64,000 nt of DNA from assembly GCA_964502525.1 (NCBI GenBank), contig CAZCXH010000001.1:37480-101479 (forward strand). The letters are read 5' to 3'. The notes below the pieces were generated by a model. It was not told the DNA's origin. It did not search any database and worked only from the letters and a program-made list of their open reading frames with translations. This DNA comes from an uncultured Chitinophagaceae bacterium (GTDB lineage Bacteria > Bacteroidota > Bacteroidia > Chitinophagales > CAIOSU01). A program made the translations under genes and the position numbers. Shown one piece after another: positions 37,756 to 46,652 of the stretch (position 1 is its first letter; the number at the start of each line of letters is the position of its first letter).

Positions 37756-38274
37756 TTAAAGGCTTTTCTTGCCCGGTGAAAAAATCATCACCAACAGTAA
37801 AATCAATAATGTGGAAACGAGGGTGCTTAAAAAAACTTTTCCAAGCGTCAGGAAAAAATTGTCGAAGCTGAACACCTCAAGATAAAAGTAAACCAGGTGG
37901 TGGAGGAATGTCAAAATGCCGGTGTAAGCAATGAACCAGGCATACCCCAGCCCCTGCAGTTTAGGCTGATCAACGCTTTCATAGCTGCCTTTCGGTGTTA
38001 AAAAAGCGAGGACGGCAGGTCTTGCAAACGCCATGAATGTGCAGGCGGCTGCGTGCATTCCCATTGAGTTGGAAAACGCGTCAGCAAAAATTCCCGTAAG
38101 GAAGGCGATTGCAATCAGCAGCCATGCCTGGATGGAGAAAGGGATCGTCATGATGAAAAGAGGGAAGATATACGGATTTACGTAGTAACCGAGATTAAAG
38201 TTGTTGACGACCAGAGCCTGAATCAATATCAGCGCTATGAGCCGGATCGCATAAGAGAGAATTACATTAATCAT
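37756..38274 (-). CDS. mreD: rod shape-determining protein MreD
   Basis: Small polytopic membrane protein positioned between mreC and mrdA. Confidence 0.75.
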   Translation of the reverse strand: MINVILSYAIRLIALILIQALVVNNFNLGYYVNPYIFPLFIMTIPFSIQAWLLIAIAFLTGIFADAFSNSMGMHAAACTFMAFARPAVLAFLTPKGSYESVDQPKLQGLGYAWFIAYTGILTFLHHLVYFYLEVFSFDNFFLTLGKVFLSTLVSTLLILLLVMIFSPGKKSL

Positions 38275-39088
38275 TATTCGTTTCCTCCAGCGCGCGTTGC
38301 TCCTTTTGAAGCAGGTTGTTCACAACGAAGGCATATTGAAGCGATTCGAGATTCGCTGACAGCCTAACCGTTACCTCGTAAAAGCTGCTTCCTCGCGGAA
38401 TGTTGAATTCGGATATTACTCCCACCGGCAGCCTTTCCGGAAAAATTGCCGAGAAACCGCTGGTGACCACGGAATCCCCAACGGCTATCGGCAGGTGCAT
38501 GGGTATGCCGATTATCTCCGCCTCTTGCGGATCGCCTCCATTCCATTGGAGAGTGCCCGGATAATTGAACCGCTTCAATTTAATGCTGATGCGGCTGTCT
38601 TTATGGAGCACTGACATGGCGGTGGAAAAATTATCAGAGACACGGTTCACAATACCCACCACCCCGCTGCCTGCTGTCACCCCCATATCTTTCTCAATTC
38701 CGGCTTTTCTTCCCTTATTGAGCGTGATGTAATTATTGGATTTGTTGGTGGTGAAATTAATGACCTTCACCGGAATGAAATGATAAATCACATTCGAAGA
38801 ATCATCGCAGACGTCAATGGTGTAAGATGTATCAGTGGTAATACTGTTCAGCATCCTCAGGCGGGAGTTTTCCTCCATGAGATGCTCATTTAAGACCCCA
38901 AGGCTAAGGTACTCGCTCAACTCATGGTAGGAGTTGTAAATGTTACCGGTAACCACCCCTGCCGAATTAAGAAACCCCGTTTGCTGGTAAGCGTGGTTCC
39001 TGATGACAAATATCATCGCGATGATTTCAAAAATGAGAAATGCGAAGATGTAGTTGAACCGGATTAGAAAAAGGAGAAGATTGCGCAT
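38267..39088 (-). CDS. mreC: rod shape-determining protein MreC
   Basis: N-terminal TM helix plus coiled coil and a beta-rich C-terminus (VVTSGFSAIFP..LPVG). Confidence 0.85.
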   Translation of the reverse strand: MRNLLLFLIRFNYIFAFLIFEIIAMIFVIRNHAYQQTGFLNSAGVVTGNIYNSYHELSEYLSLGVLNEHLMEENSRLRMLNSITTDTSYTIDVCDDSSNVIYHFIPVKVINFTTNKSNNYITLNKGRKAGIEKDMGVTAGSGVVGIVNRVSDNFSTAMSVLHKDSRISIKLKRFNYPGTLQWNGGDPQEAEIIGIPMHLPIAVGDSVVTSGFSAIFPERLPVGVISEFNIPRGSSFYEVTVRLSANLESLQYAFVVNNLLQKEQRALEETNND

Positions 39089-39197
39089 TCCGCCACTATG
39101 AGTTTAAAGTTTAAGGCTTGAAGTTTAAAGCTGACTTGCCCGAAACTTTAAACCTGTCTGCCGACAGGCAGGCATTAGGCTTTAAACATTAAACTAA

Positions 39198-40220
39198 TCA
39201 AGTCATTAAGAAAGAATACCGTCCGATGTTTTTCAAAGCCACGCCTGTGCCGCGCACCACAGCCCTGAGCGGGTCTTCCGCCACATGAACCGGCAGTTTT
39301 GTTTTTTGCGAGAGGCGCTTATCCAAACCTCTTATCAACGCACCGCCACCGGTGAGATAAACACCGGTTTTATAAATATCGGCTGCCAGTTCAGGGGGAG
39401 TTATTTCCAGTCCGCGCAACACCGCTTCCTCGATTTTGGAAATTGATTTGTCCATCGCATGGGCCACTTCTGAATAGGATACCATTATTTGCTTCGGAAT
39501 TCCTGTCATCAAGTCTTTTCCATTAACGGCATAATCTGCCGGAGGATCATCCAATTCGGTAAGCGCTGAACCCACGCTGATCTTTATTTTCTCCGCAGTG
39601 CGCTCGCCAATCATCATGTTGTGCTGCCTGCGCATGAAGTCTATAATATCATTGGTGAACGCATCGCCCGCCACGCGGATGGATTGGTCGCAAACGATTC
39701 CCGAAAGTGAAATCACCGCAATTTCCGTAGTTCCACCGCCAATGTCAATCACCATATTGCCACGCGGCTCTTCAACATCAATGCCGATGCCGATAGCGGC
39801 TGCCATCGGCTCAAAGATGAGCCACACCTCCCGCGCTCCCGCATGTTCTGCGGAATCCTTCACCGCCCGTTTTTCAACTTCCGTAATTCCCGAAGGAATG
39901 CATATCACCATGGTGTAGGATGGGGGGAAAAGAGGCGGCTTCTTGTAAATCATCTTTATCAGCTCGCGAATCATATCCTCAGCAGCACCGAAGTCGGCAA
40001 TCACGCCATCTTTCAACGGGCGAATGGTTTCGATGGTAGGATTCGTTTTCTCGTGCATCTGCACTGCCCTGTGCCCCACAGCGATTACCTTGTTTGACTT
40101 TTTGTCTTTGGCGACAATAGAAGGTTCATCCACCACCACCTTGCCATCATGGATGATGAGCGTGTTGGCGGTGCCCAAATCAATCGCAATCTCCTGGTTG
40201 AGAAAATTAAACAGCTTCAT
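39198..40220 (-). CDS. mreB: rod shape-determining protein MreB
   Basis: Actin-fold blocks IDLGTANT, DIGGGTTE and LTGGGALIRGLD. Confidence 0.95.
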   Translation of the reverse strand: MKLFNFLNQEIAIDLGTANTLIIHDGKVVVDEPSIVAKDKKSNKVIAVGHRAVQMHEKTNPTIETIRPLKDGVIADFGAAEDMIRELIKMIYKKPPLFPPSYTMVICIPSGITEVEKRAVKDSAEHAGAREVWLIFEPMAAAIGIGIDVEEPRGNMVIDIGGGTTEIAVISLSGIVCDQSIRVAGDAFTNDIIDFMRRQHNMMIGERTAEKIKISVGSALTELDDPPADYAVNGKDLMTGIPKQIMVSYSEVAHAMDKSISKIEEAVLRGLEITPPELAADIYKTGVYLTGGGALIRGLDKRLSQKTKLPVHVAEDPLRAVVRGTGVALKNIGRYSFLMT

Positions 40221-40280
40221 ATGTTATAAGGTGCGGAATAATAGGCAAATTGCAGAAATCGTACAATGAAGTTTTCCCCA

Positions 40281-41822
40281 TCAGTGCCTGAAGTGTCTGA
40301 ATCCGGTAAGAACCATCGCCAAATTATGCTTGTCGCAGTATTCAATTGATTCATTATCTCTTATGGAACCTCCGGGTTGTATAACGGCTTTTATGCCGGC
40401 TTTGCCGGCAATCTCAACGCAGTCGGGGAAGGGGAAGAAAGCATCGGAAGCCATCACCGCTCCTTCGAGGGTGAAGTTGAAAGACTGCGCTTTCGTTATC
40501 GCCTGCTTCAGGGCGTCCACGCGCGATGTCTGCCCGCATCCCATCCCGATGAGCTGCCTGTCTTTCACTAATACGATGGTGTTTGATTTTAGGTGCTTCA
40601 CAATCCGGTTGGCAAACAGCAGGTCATCTACCTCTTTGGCGGAAGGATGCTTTTGGGTTGCAGGTTTTAAGTCAGATTTCGCTTCTGACCTGTCATCCGC
40701 GGTTTGTGCTACTATCCCGTTGAGGATGCTTTTGTATTGCCACCCGGAGAAACCAAGTCCCTTCGTTTGAAGGATGATTCTGTTTTTCTTTGATTTCAAT
40801 ATTGCAACCGCATCCGCATCATAGGCGGGAGCGAGCAGTATTTCAAAGAAAATCTCGTTCACCGCTTTTGCCGTTCCGGCATCCACTTTCGTGTTGGTGA
40901 TGATGACTCCGCCAAAGGCAGAAACCGGGTCCCCGGCAAGGGCGGCTTCCCATGCTGCCAATCCCGTTTTCCGCGAAGCAACGCCACAGGCGTTGGTATG
41001 CTTGATGACCACGAATGTGGGATCAGCGAATTCTTTAATCAACCTGATAGCCGCATCAACGTCAACAAGGTTGTTGTACGAAAGATCCTTGCCGTTGAGG
41101 AATTCAAAGACCTCATCAAGATTGCCATAATAAATCCCTTTCTGATGCGGGTTTTCTCCGTAGCGCAGAATTTTCCCGGATAGATAGCTTTCCTTGAATG
41201 AATCCACCGCATTGCCTGAGTTGAAATATTTGAAGATTTGCGTGTCATAATCCGAAGTGATGTTGAACGCTTTGGCAGCGAACATCTTGCGGTCGCTGAC
41301 ATCCGTGCTGCCGCTCTTCTCTTTCAGCAGTGCGAGCAACTCGCCATATTGCTCGCGGGAGGCAACCACGAGCACGTCATTGAAATTCTTTGCCGCTGCA
41401 CGGATAAGGGAGATTCCGCCAATATCAATCTTTTCAATTATCTCGCTTTCGTCATCCGTGGAGGCAACCGTTTCTCCGAAAGGGTAGAGATCAACGATCA
41501 CAAGGTCAATCTCCGGCACTTCATATTGCGTCATTTCCTGCGTGTCACTCTTGTTATTCCTTCGCGCGAGGATGCCTCCGAAGATTTTTGGATGAAGCGT
41601 CTTCACCCTCCCTCCGAAAATTGACGGATAGGAGGTGATTTCCTCCACCGCCACCACCTTGGCGCCCTCGCCTTCGAGGTACGTTTTTGTTCCACCGGTG
41701 GAATACAATTTCACTCCAAGTGATTTCAACTCTTTCACTATCGGGGCAAGGTTGTCCTTGCTGTAAACGGAGATAAGCGCTGATTTTATTTTTTTCACGG
41801 GTGTGTTATTATTTGTATTCAT
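40281..41822 (-). CDS. purH: bifunctional AICAR transformylase / IMP cyclohydrolase
   Basis: ALISVYSK, STGGT, GRVKTLHP and LTGFRHFRH at the C-terminus. Starts at MNTNNN, downstream of the purN stop. Confidence 0.95.
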   Translation of the reverse strand: MNTNNNTPVKKIKSALISVYSKDNLAPIVKELKSLGVKLYSTGGTKTYLEGEGAKVVAVEEITSYPSIFGGRVKTLHPKIFGGILARRNNKSDTQEMTQYEVPEIDLVIVDLYPFGETVASTDDESEIIEKIDIGGISLIRAAAKNFNDVLVVASREQYGELLALLKEKSGSTDVSDRKMFAAKAFNITSDYDTQIFKYFNSGNAVDSFKESYLSGKILRYGENPHQKGIYYGNLDEVFEFLNGKDLSYNNLVDVDAAIRLIKEFADPTFVVIKHTNACGVASRKTGLAAWEAALAGDPVSAFGGVIITNTKVDAGTAKAVNEIFFEILLAPAYDADAVAILKSKKNRIILQTKGLGFSGWQYKSILNGIVAQTADDRSEAKSDLKPATQKHPSAKEVDDLLFANRIVKHLKSNTIVLVKDRQLIGMGCGQTSRVDALKQAITKAQSFNFTLEGAVMASDAFFPFPDCVEIAGKAGIKAVIQPGGSIRDNESIEYCDKHNLAMVLTGFRHFRH

Positions 41823-41866
41823 CCGCTGGACTGCAGTTTTCGGACGACTTTCCGTTACAGCTTCTA

Positions 41867-42451
41867 TCATGTGGATACAGTTTCTTTTATTTTAATTAAT
41901 TGCTCGATTACTTTCGGATAATGCAGATGCTCCAGTTGCTGCACCTTTGCCTGCAGCGCTGCAACGTCATCCCCAGGCTCCACGGCACATTTAGCCTGAA
42001 AGATAACCTCGCCCTCATCAAAGCGCTCGTTCACATGGTGAATGGTGATGCCCGTTTCCTTATCACCAGCGCGCAACACCGCTTCATGCACCCGTTCGCC
42101 ATACATGCCCTTGCCGCCATGCCGGGGCAGCAGCGCGGGATGGATGTTCACCACCTTGCCGGGAAAAGCCTCCAGCACGGATGGCGGCACCAGCCGCATG
42201 AACCCAGCCAGCGCGATAAAATCAACCCCGTAGCGCCTCAGCAATTCGGGCAGTTTGGATGAAGAATACAAATCGTGCTGCGTGACCAACTCTGCCGGAA
42301 TGCCAAATTTCTTCGCCACCTCCAGCACGCCTGCGCGGGGATTATTGGACACAATAAGGGCTGTCGAAATTTCCCCGTTTTTCGCAAAATATGTGATTAT
42401 TGCCTCAGCGTTGGTTCCTCTTCCGGAAGCGAAAATCGCCAGTTTGATCAT
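41867..42451 (-). CDS. purN: phosphoribosylglycinamide formyltransferase
   Basis: FASGRGTN, NIHPALLP and HHV.E..D.G blocks. Confidence 0.9.
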   Translation of the reverse strand: MIKLAIFASGRGTNAEAIITYFAKNGEISTALIVSNNPRAGVLEVAKKFGIPAELVTQHDLYSSSKLPELLRRYGVDFIALAGFMRLVPPSVLEAFPGKVVNIHPALLPRHGGKGMYGERVHEAVLRAGDKETGITIHHVNERFDEGEVIFQAKCAVEPGDDVAALQAKVQQLEHLHYPKVIEQLIKIKETVST

Positions 42452-42736
42452 TGATGATGCAAAGTTAATTGGTTAATCGGTTAATCAGTTGATGGTTTAT
42501 CGGCTGATTTGGTTTGCCGGTAGTAGGTAGTAGTTCTATTTCCAACCAATTGATCAATTAATCTTACTTGCCGCCTGCTTGCCTCGAACGTGCAGAGGCT
42601 CTGTTTAGTGGCGTTGCACGGAAAGAAGGGTGCAGTTATTTATTGGTACAGATCCGGCATTTAACGCGGACATCCGCCCGTGCACCAAATCCGGTGTGGG
42701 CTGCCTTACAGTTATCATTCTGCCAATGAGAACGGC

Positions 42737-43255
42737 TTATGGCATACCGGAGAAAACAGCGCCTCGCCTTCCCAACTCCACCACTTCCAGATTGTTAAGC
42801 ACTCCGCCATCAATGGAAAACCGGAGCAGCGTTTTCATTTTGTGGAAGCCTTCATTTCCCGCAGCTCCGGGATTCATGTACATCATGTTGAACGCAGGAT
42901 CGCGCATCACTTTCAGGATATGCGAATGACCGCAGATGAGCAGCGCGGGCTTTCTTTCCAAAAGGAGTTTTCGTACGCGGGGATTGTATTTCCCGGGTGA
43001 ACCGGCAATGTGCGTCATGAAGATGTGAATGCCTTCGATTTCCATCCACAAATCCTCCGGGAACTTGGCGCGGATGTTCGCGCCATCGATATTTCCGTGA
43101 ACGCCCCTCAGCGGTTTGCAAGCTCGTAGCTTATCTGCCACTTCCATCGTCCCAAAATCACCGCCATGCCAAATCTCATCGCGGTCGTCAAAATATTTGA
43201 AAATGGAATCATCAAGATGACCGTGCGTATCGGAGAGAAGGGCGATTTTGAGCAC
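42737..43255 (-). CDS. metallophosphoesterase (YfcE/MJ0936 family)
   Basis: SDTHG, GD, GNID and GHSH motifs in the canonical order. Confidence 0.85.
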   Translation of the reverse strand: MLKIALLSDTHGHLDDSIFKYFDDRDEIWHGGDFGTMEVADKLRACKPLRGVHGNIDGANIRAKFPEDLWMEIEGIHIFMTHIAGSPGKYNPRVRKLLLERKPALLICGHSHILKVMRDPAFNMMYMNPGAAGNEGFHKMKTLLRFSIDGGVLNNLEVVELGRRGAVFSGMP

Positions 43256-43348
43256 TTAGCAACGGTTTACAAGTTTACCAGTTATGCTTGGTTGATTTAC
43301 TTACTAACCATAACCGATTACTGACTACTGATTACTGATTACCCGATT

Positions 43349-44443
43349 CTACTCCACCCACTCCGCCAGAAACACATTCGTGTCGCGTGTGCCGCCATTG
43401 TTGCGGTTGGAGCAGAACACCAGGTATTTCCCATCAGGCGAAAACATCGGGAACGAGTCGAAAGCCGGATCGAAGGTGATTTGCTCCAATCCAGTGCCGT
43501 CAACATTAATCATGTAAAGATGAAACGGGAAGCCGCGTTCCGATTTATGATTGGAACAAAAAATGATTTTATTCCCTGATGGATGAAAGAAAGGAGCCCA
43601 GTTGGCTTTGCCAAGACTGGTGATTTGCTTCATATCCGAACCATCCACATTGCAGACAAATACTTCCATGTTGGTAGGCGCCACCAATCCTTTGGCGAGC
43701 AGATCTTTGTAATTCTTTTGCTCCTCTTCGGTTTTCGGTCGTGATGCGCGGAACACCAATTTGCTTCCGTCAGGCGAGAAAAAAGCACCGCCATCATAGC
43801 CAAGATCATTGGTAATTTGCTTCACATCGCTGCCATCGAGATTCATGGTGTAAAGTTCGAGATCACCGCTGCGGTTGCTGGTGAAAACGATTCTGTCGCC
43901 CTTGGGCGAAACTGTCGCCTCTGCATCATAGAATTTGTTTTGCGTGAGTTGCCTTCTGATTATGCCCTTCAAATCTGCAACAAAAATTTCATAGCTGTCA
44001 AACAGCGGCCATACATACGCACGGGCATCTTTCATATTCGGATTTTGCGGACAGGTGTCTGCAGCAAGATGCGTGGATGCATAAAGAATAAGCGTATCTC
44101 CCGGAAGAAAATAGGAACAGGTGGTACGACCCTTGCCGGTGCTAACCATAGCGGCTGCCTCCGGTGCAGCGGTGTTCATCTGAAATATCTGGTCGCAGGA
44201 AAGGCCGTATTGCTTTCCCATTCTCTGAAACGAAAGTTTGTCTCCGGCAAAGCTGAAATACGCTTCTGCATTATCTCCTCCGAAAGTAAGCTGACGGATG
44301 TTGAGCAGATGTTTTTCTTCGGGATAACGGAGAGAATCGGCTGCTGCTGCCTGTTCCTTTTGTGACGATGGCGGTTGTTGCGGCCCGCTTCCGCACGAGG
44401 ATAGCGCTAACGCAATAAAAAAGGCAATTAAAATTTTTTGCAT
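43349..44443 (-). CDS. PD40/TolB-like beta-propeller lipoprotein
   Basis: Lipobox LSSCGS. Repeated FSPDG..L.F blades. Confidence 0.75.
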   Translation of the reverse strand: MQKILIAFFIALALSSCGSGPQQPPSSQKEQAAAADSLRYPEEKHLLNIRQLTFGGDNAEAYFSFAGDKLSFQRMGKQYGLSCDQIFQMNTAAPEAAAMVSTGKGRTTCSYFLPGDTLILYASTHLAADTCPQNPNMKDARAYVWPLFDSYEIFVADLKGIIRRQLTQNKFYDAEATVSPKGDRIVFTSNRSGDLELYTMNLDGSDVKQITNDLGYDGGAFFSPDGSKLVFRASRPKTEEEQKNYKDLLAKGLVAPTNMEVFVCNVDGSDMKQITSLGKANWAPFFHPSGNKIIFCSNHKSERGFPFHLYMINVDGTGLEQITFDPAFDSFPMFSPDGKYLVFCSNRNNGGTRDTNVFLAEWVE

Positions 44444-44514
44444 GATTAAAATTTTGGGCGAAGTTAAGGAAGGCTCCTGTCACAGGGCGATAAATTCCAT
44501 CTGACAGTGTTTTC

Positions 44515-45162
44515 TCAGGCAGTCTTGATGATGATGGTTTCAATCACGTTGGCAACGTCTTCCGCTTTGTCGGTTGCCAGTTCGAGCGATGAAAGCGTTT
44601 CACGCAGGCGGATAATCTGGATAGGGTCTTTTTCCTTTTTGAACAATTCCGTGATGGCATCAATGTAAATTCCATCAGCAACATTCTCCAACTCATTAAG
44701 CTGCATGCACACCTCGCGCACCTTTGCCGCATTGCCGGGCTGTTTCAAAAGCCGGGTTGCTTCATAGATCAGTTTGGCGGAATCAACAATAACGTCACAG
44801 AGTTTTTTGTAGGCTTCGGGAATCTCCTTCAGGTCATAAGTATTCACGCTGTATGCCGACAGGTTGATGAAGTCCACCACATCATCCATGGCGCTGGCGA
44901 GGTAATGAATGTCTTCGCGATCTATCGGTGTGATGAATGTCGAGTTCAGCTCTGTGATAATCTTATGCGTGATTTTGTCGCCCACATGCTCAAGATGATC
45001 AATCTGCCTGATCTGCTCCGACCGGTTATCGCTGGGAGAGCTCTTTGAAAATTCTTTCAATTTGCCGGCAATTTCCTGCATGTTTTTGCCCGCCTCTTCG
45101 AAAAGGATGAAGAATTTGTCTTCCTTCGGAAGAAACCACTTCAGGATGGAATTTATCGTCAT
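44515..45162 (-). CDS. DUF47 (PhoU-like) phosphate-transport regulator
   Basis: About 215-aa helical protein directly downstream of a PiT transporter, the standard pairing. Contains an E..GD.I motif. Confidence 0.8.
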   Translation of the reverse strand: MTINSILKWFLPKEDKFFILFEEAGKNMQEIAGKLKEFSKSSPSDNRSEQIRQIDHLEHVGDKITHKIITELNSTFITPIDREDIHYLASAMDDVVDFINLSAYSVNTYDLKEIPEAYKKLCDVIVDSAKLIYEATRLLKQPGNAAKVREVCMQLNELENVADGIYIDAITELFKKEKDPIQIIRLRETLSSLELATDKAEDVANVIETIIIKTA

Positions 45163-45300
45163 AATTAACGGCCCGGATTTCGACCGCTAAACTAAGGATT
45201 AATAAGGCACGATAAAATTTAAAAACAGAAGGGAACAAGAGGCGCCACTCTTTGCGCGGCACTTGAGCGCTTCACCCGTTGCATGCGCCCGTCACCACCT

Positions 45301-46296
45301 TCAAAATACGGTATGGATGAGGAGGCAGGAGATGGCGCCCATCAATGCTGAAGCAGGAATGGTTAAAATCCATGCAATCAGGATATTTCCGGCTACGCCC
45401 CATCTGACTGCCGAAAGGCGCCTGGTCATGCCGGTGCCTATGATGCATCCCGCGATGGTATGGGTGGTACTCACCGGCACGTGTAAATTCGTGACACCAA
45501 ACAGCGTGACCGCTCCTGCCGTTTCTGCGCAAAAGCCCTCGAATGGATGCAGTTTCACGATTTTCTGCCCCATGGTTTTCACTATCCGCCAGCCTCCGAA
45601 CAATGTGCCCAATCCCATGGCGGTATAGCACAAAAGGGGAACCCATGCAGGCAAGTCGCTTCCTTTGGTGACCTGTCCCGACAAGACAAGAGCCGCCCAT
45701 ATTATCCCCATTGTTTTCTGCGCGTCATTGCCGCCATGCCCGATGGAAAAAAGCGCGCTTGACACCAACTGCAGGCGTCTGAAATATTTGTCCACCCGGT
45801 AATTAGGCTGATTTTTGAACAGATGCAGCACCACAACAGAAATAAAAAAGGACACCGCCATTCCAATCACCGGGGCGAGGGGAATGAAGATAATGGCTGT
45901 GTAAACCTTGCCGGCATTGATGGCGCCCATTCCTGCCTTGGCAAAAGCCGCGCCTGTAAACCCTCCCAGCAACGCGTGGGATGAGCTGGAAGGCAACCCT
46001 CCCCACCATGTTAAAATATTCCAGGCAATAGCGCCTATCAGTCCGCCCGCCAGCACGGGGTATGTGATGGCGTCTTCATGAACCATTTTCTTCACGGTAT
46101 CAGCTACACCATGTTCGGTGAAGATGAAGTAGGCGAGGAAATTGAAAAAAGCAGCCCATATCACCGCATGGAATGGCGAGAGGACCTGGGTGGAAACGAT
46201 GGTGGCGATGGAATTGGCGGAATCATGAAATCCATTGATGAAATCAAACAACAGGGCAATGAAGATGATGGCTATTAGGACGACTTCCGGATGCAT
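45301..46296 (-). CDS. inorganic phosphate transporter, PiT family
   Basis: Duplicated GFHDSANSIAT / GGNDAQK signature. Starts at the Met preceding the first TM helix. Confidence 0.9.
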   Translation of the reverse strand: MHPEVVLIAIIFIALLFDFINGFHDSANSIATIVSTQVLSPFHAVIWAAFFNFLAYFIFTEHGVADTVKKMVHEDAITYPVLAGGLIGAIAWNILTWWGGLPSSSSHALLGGFTGAAFAKAGMGAINAGKVYTAIIFIPLAPVIGMAVSFFISVVVLHLFKNQPNYRVDKYFRRLQLVSSALFSIGHGGNDAQKTMGIIWAALVLSGQVTKGSDLPAWVPLLCYTAMGLGTLFGGWRIVKTMGQKIVKLHPFEGFCAETAGAVTLFGVTNLHVPVSTTHTIAGCIIGTGMTRRLSAVRWGVAGNILIAWILTIPASALMGAISCLLIHTVF

Positions 46297-46521
46297 GGGG
46301 CTGGCTGAAACCGGGAGCGAAGGTAAGGAAGATTGACAAGAAATATCTTTGGGCGATGTCATCAGCAATGGCAGGAAATCAAAGGCAGGCTATTTCAGGT
46401 TTCCGCGTTGCAGTTTACGGTTCAACAGGTTATCCGTGGTCGGTGAAATGGTAATCGGTGCCAATGGACAAACTGATTACTGCTCCCCGATTACCTTCCA
46501 TGGAATAATTAATTCCGGTTG

Positions 46522-46650
46522 TATCCCGAAACAAGTGTAAAAAACGAACTGTGATCGATCCGAAGGACTTCGGACTCCTTCGGAGGATATACCATCGGGT
46601 GCTATTTGGAAAAAGTTCGGAAACCTGTTTACCGATGTATAGTATAAAAA
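46522..46650 (+). repeat. dispersed ~125-bp repeat, copy 2 (hairpin 46559-46584)
   Basis: Near-colinear with 798-924. Lies between the PiT gene start and the stop of the T9SS gene. Confidence 0.7.
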
Positions 46651-46652
46651 CT

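Noticed and set aside
42452-42736. Possible ZTP (pfl) or purine riboswitch in the 285-nt leader upstream of purN-purH
   Set aside because: I read the minus strand looking for the ZTP core (GGGUCGUGACUGGCG ... CCGCCUGGGC) and for purine-riboswitch junction motifs. I found only unrelated hairpins (cgtgca...tgcacg) and a stutter tract. cmscan would be needed to be sure.
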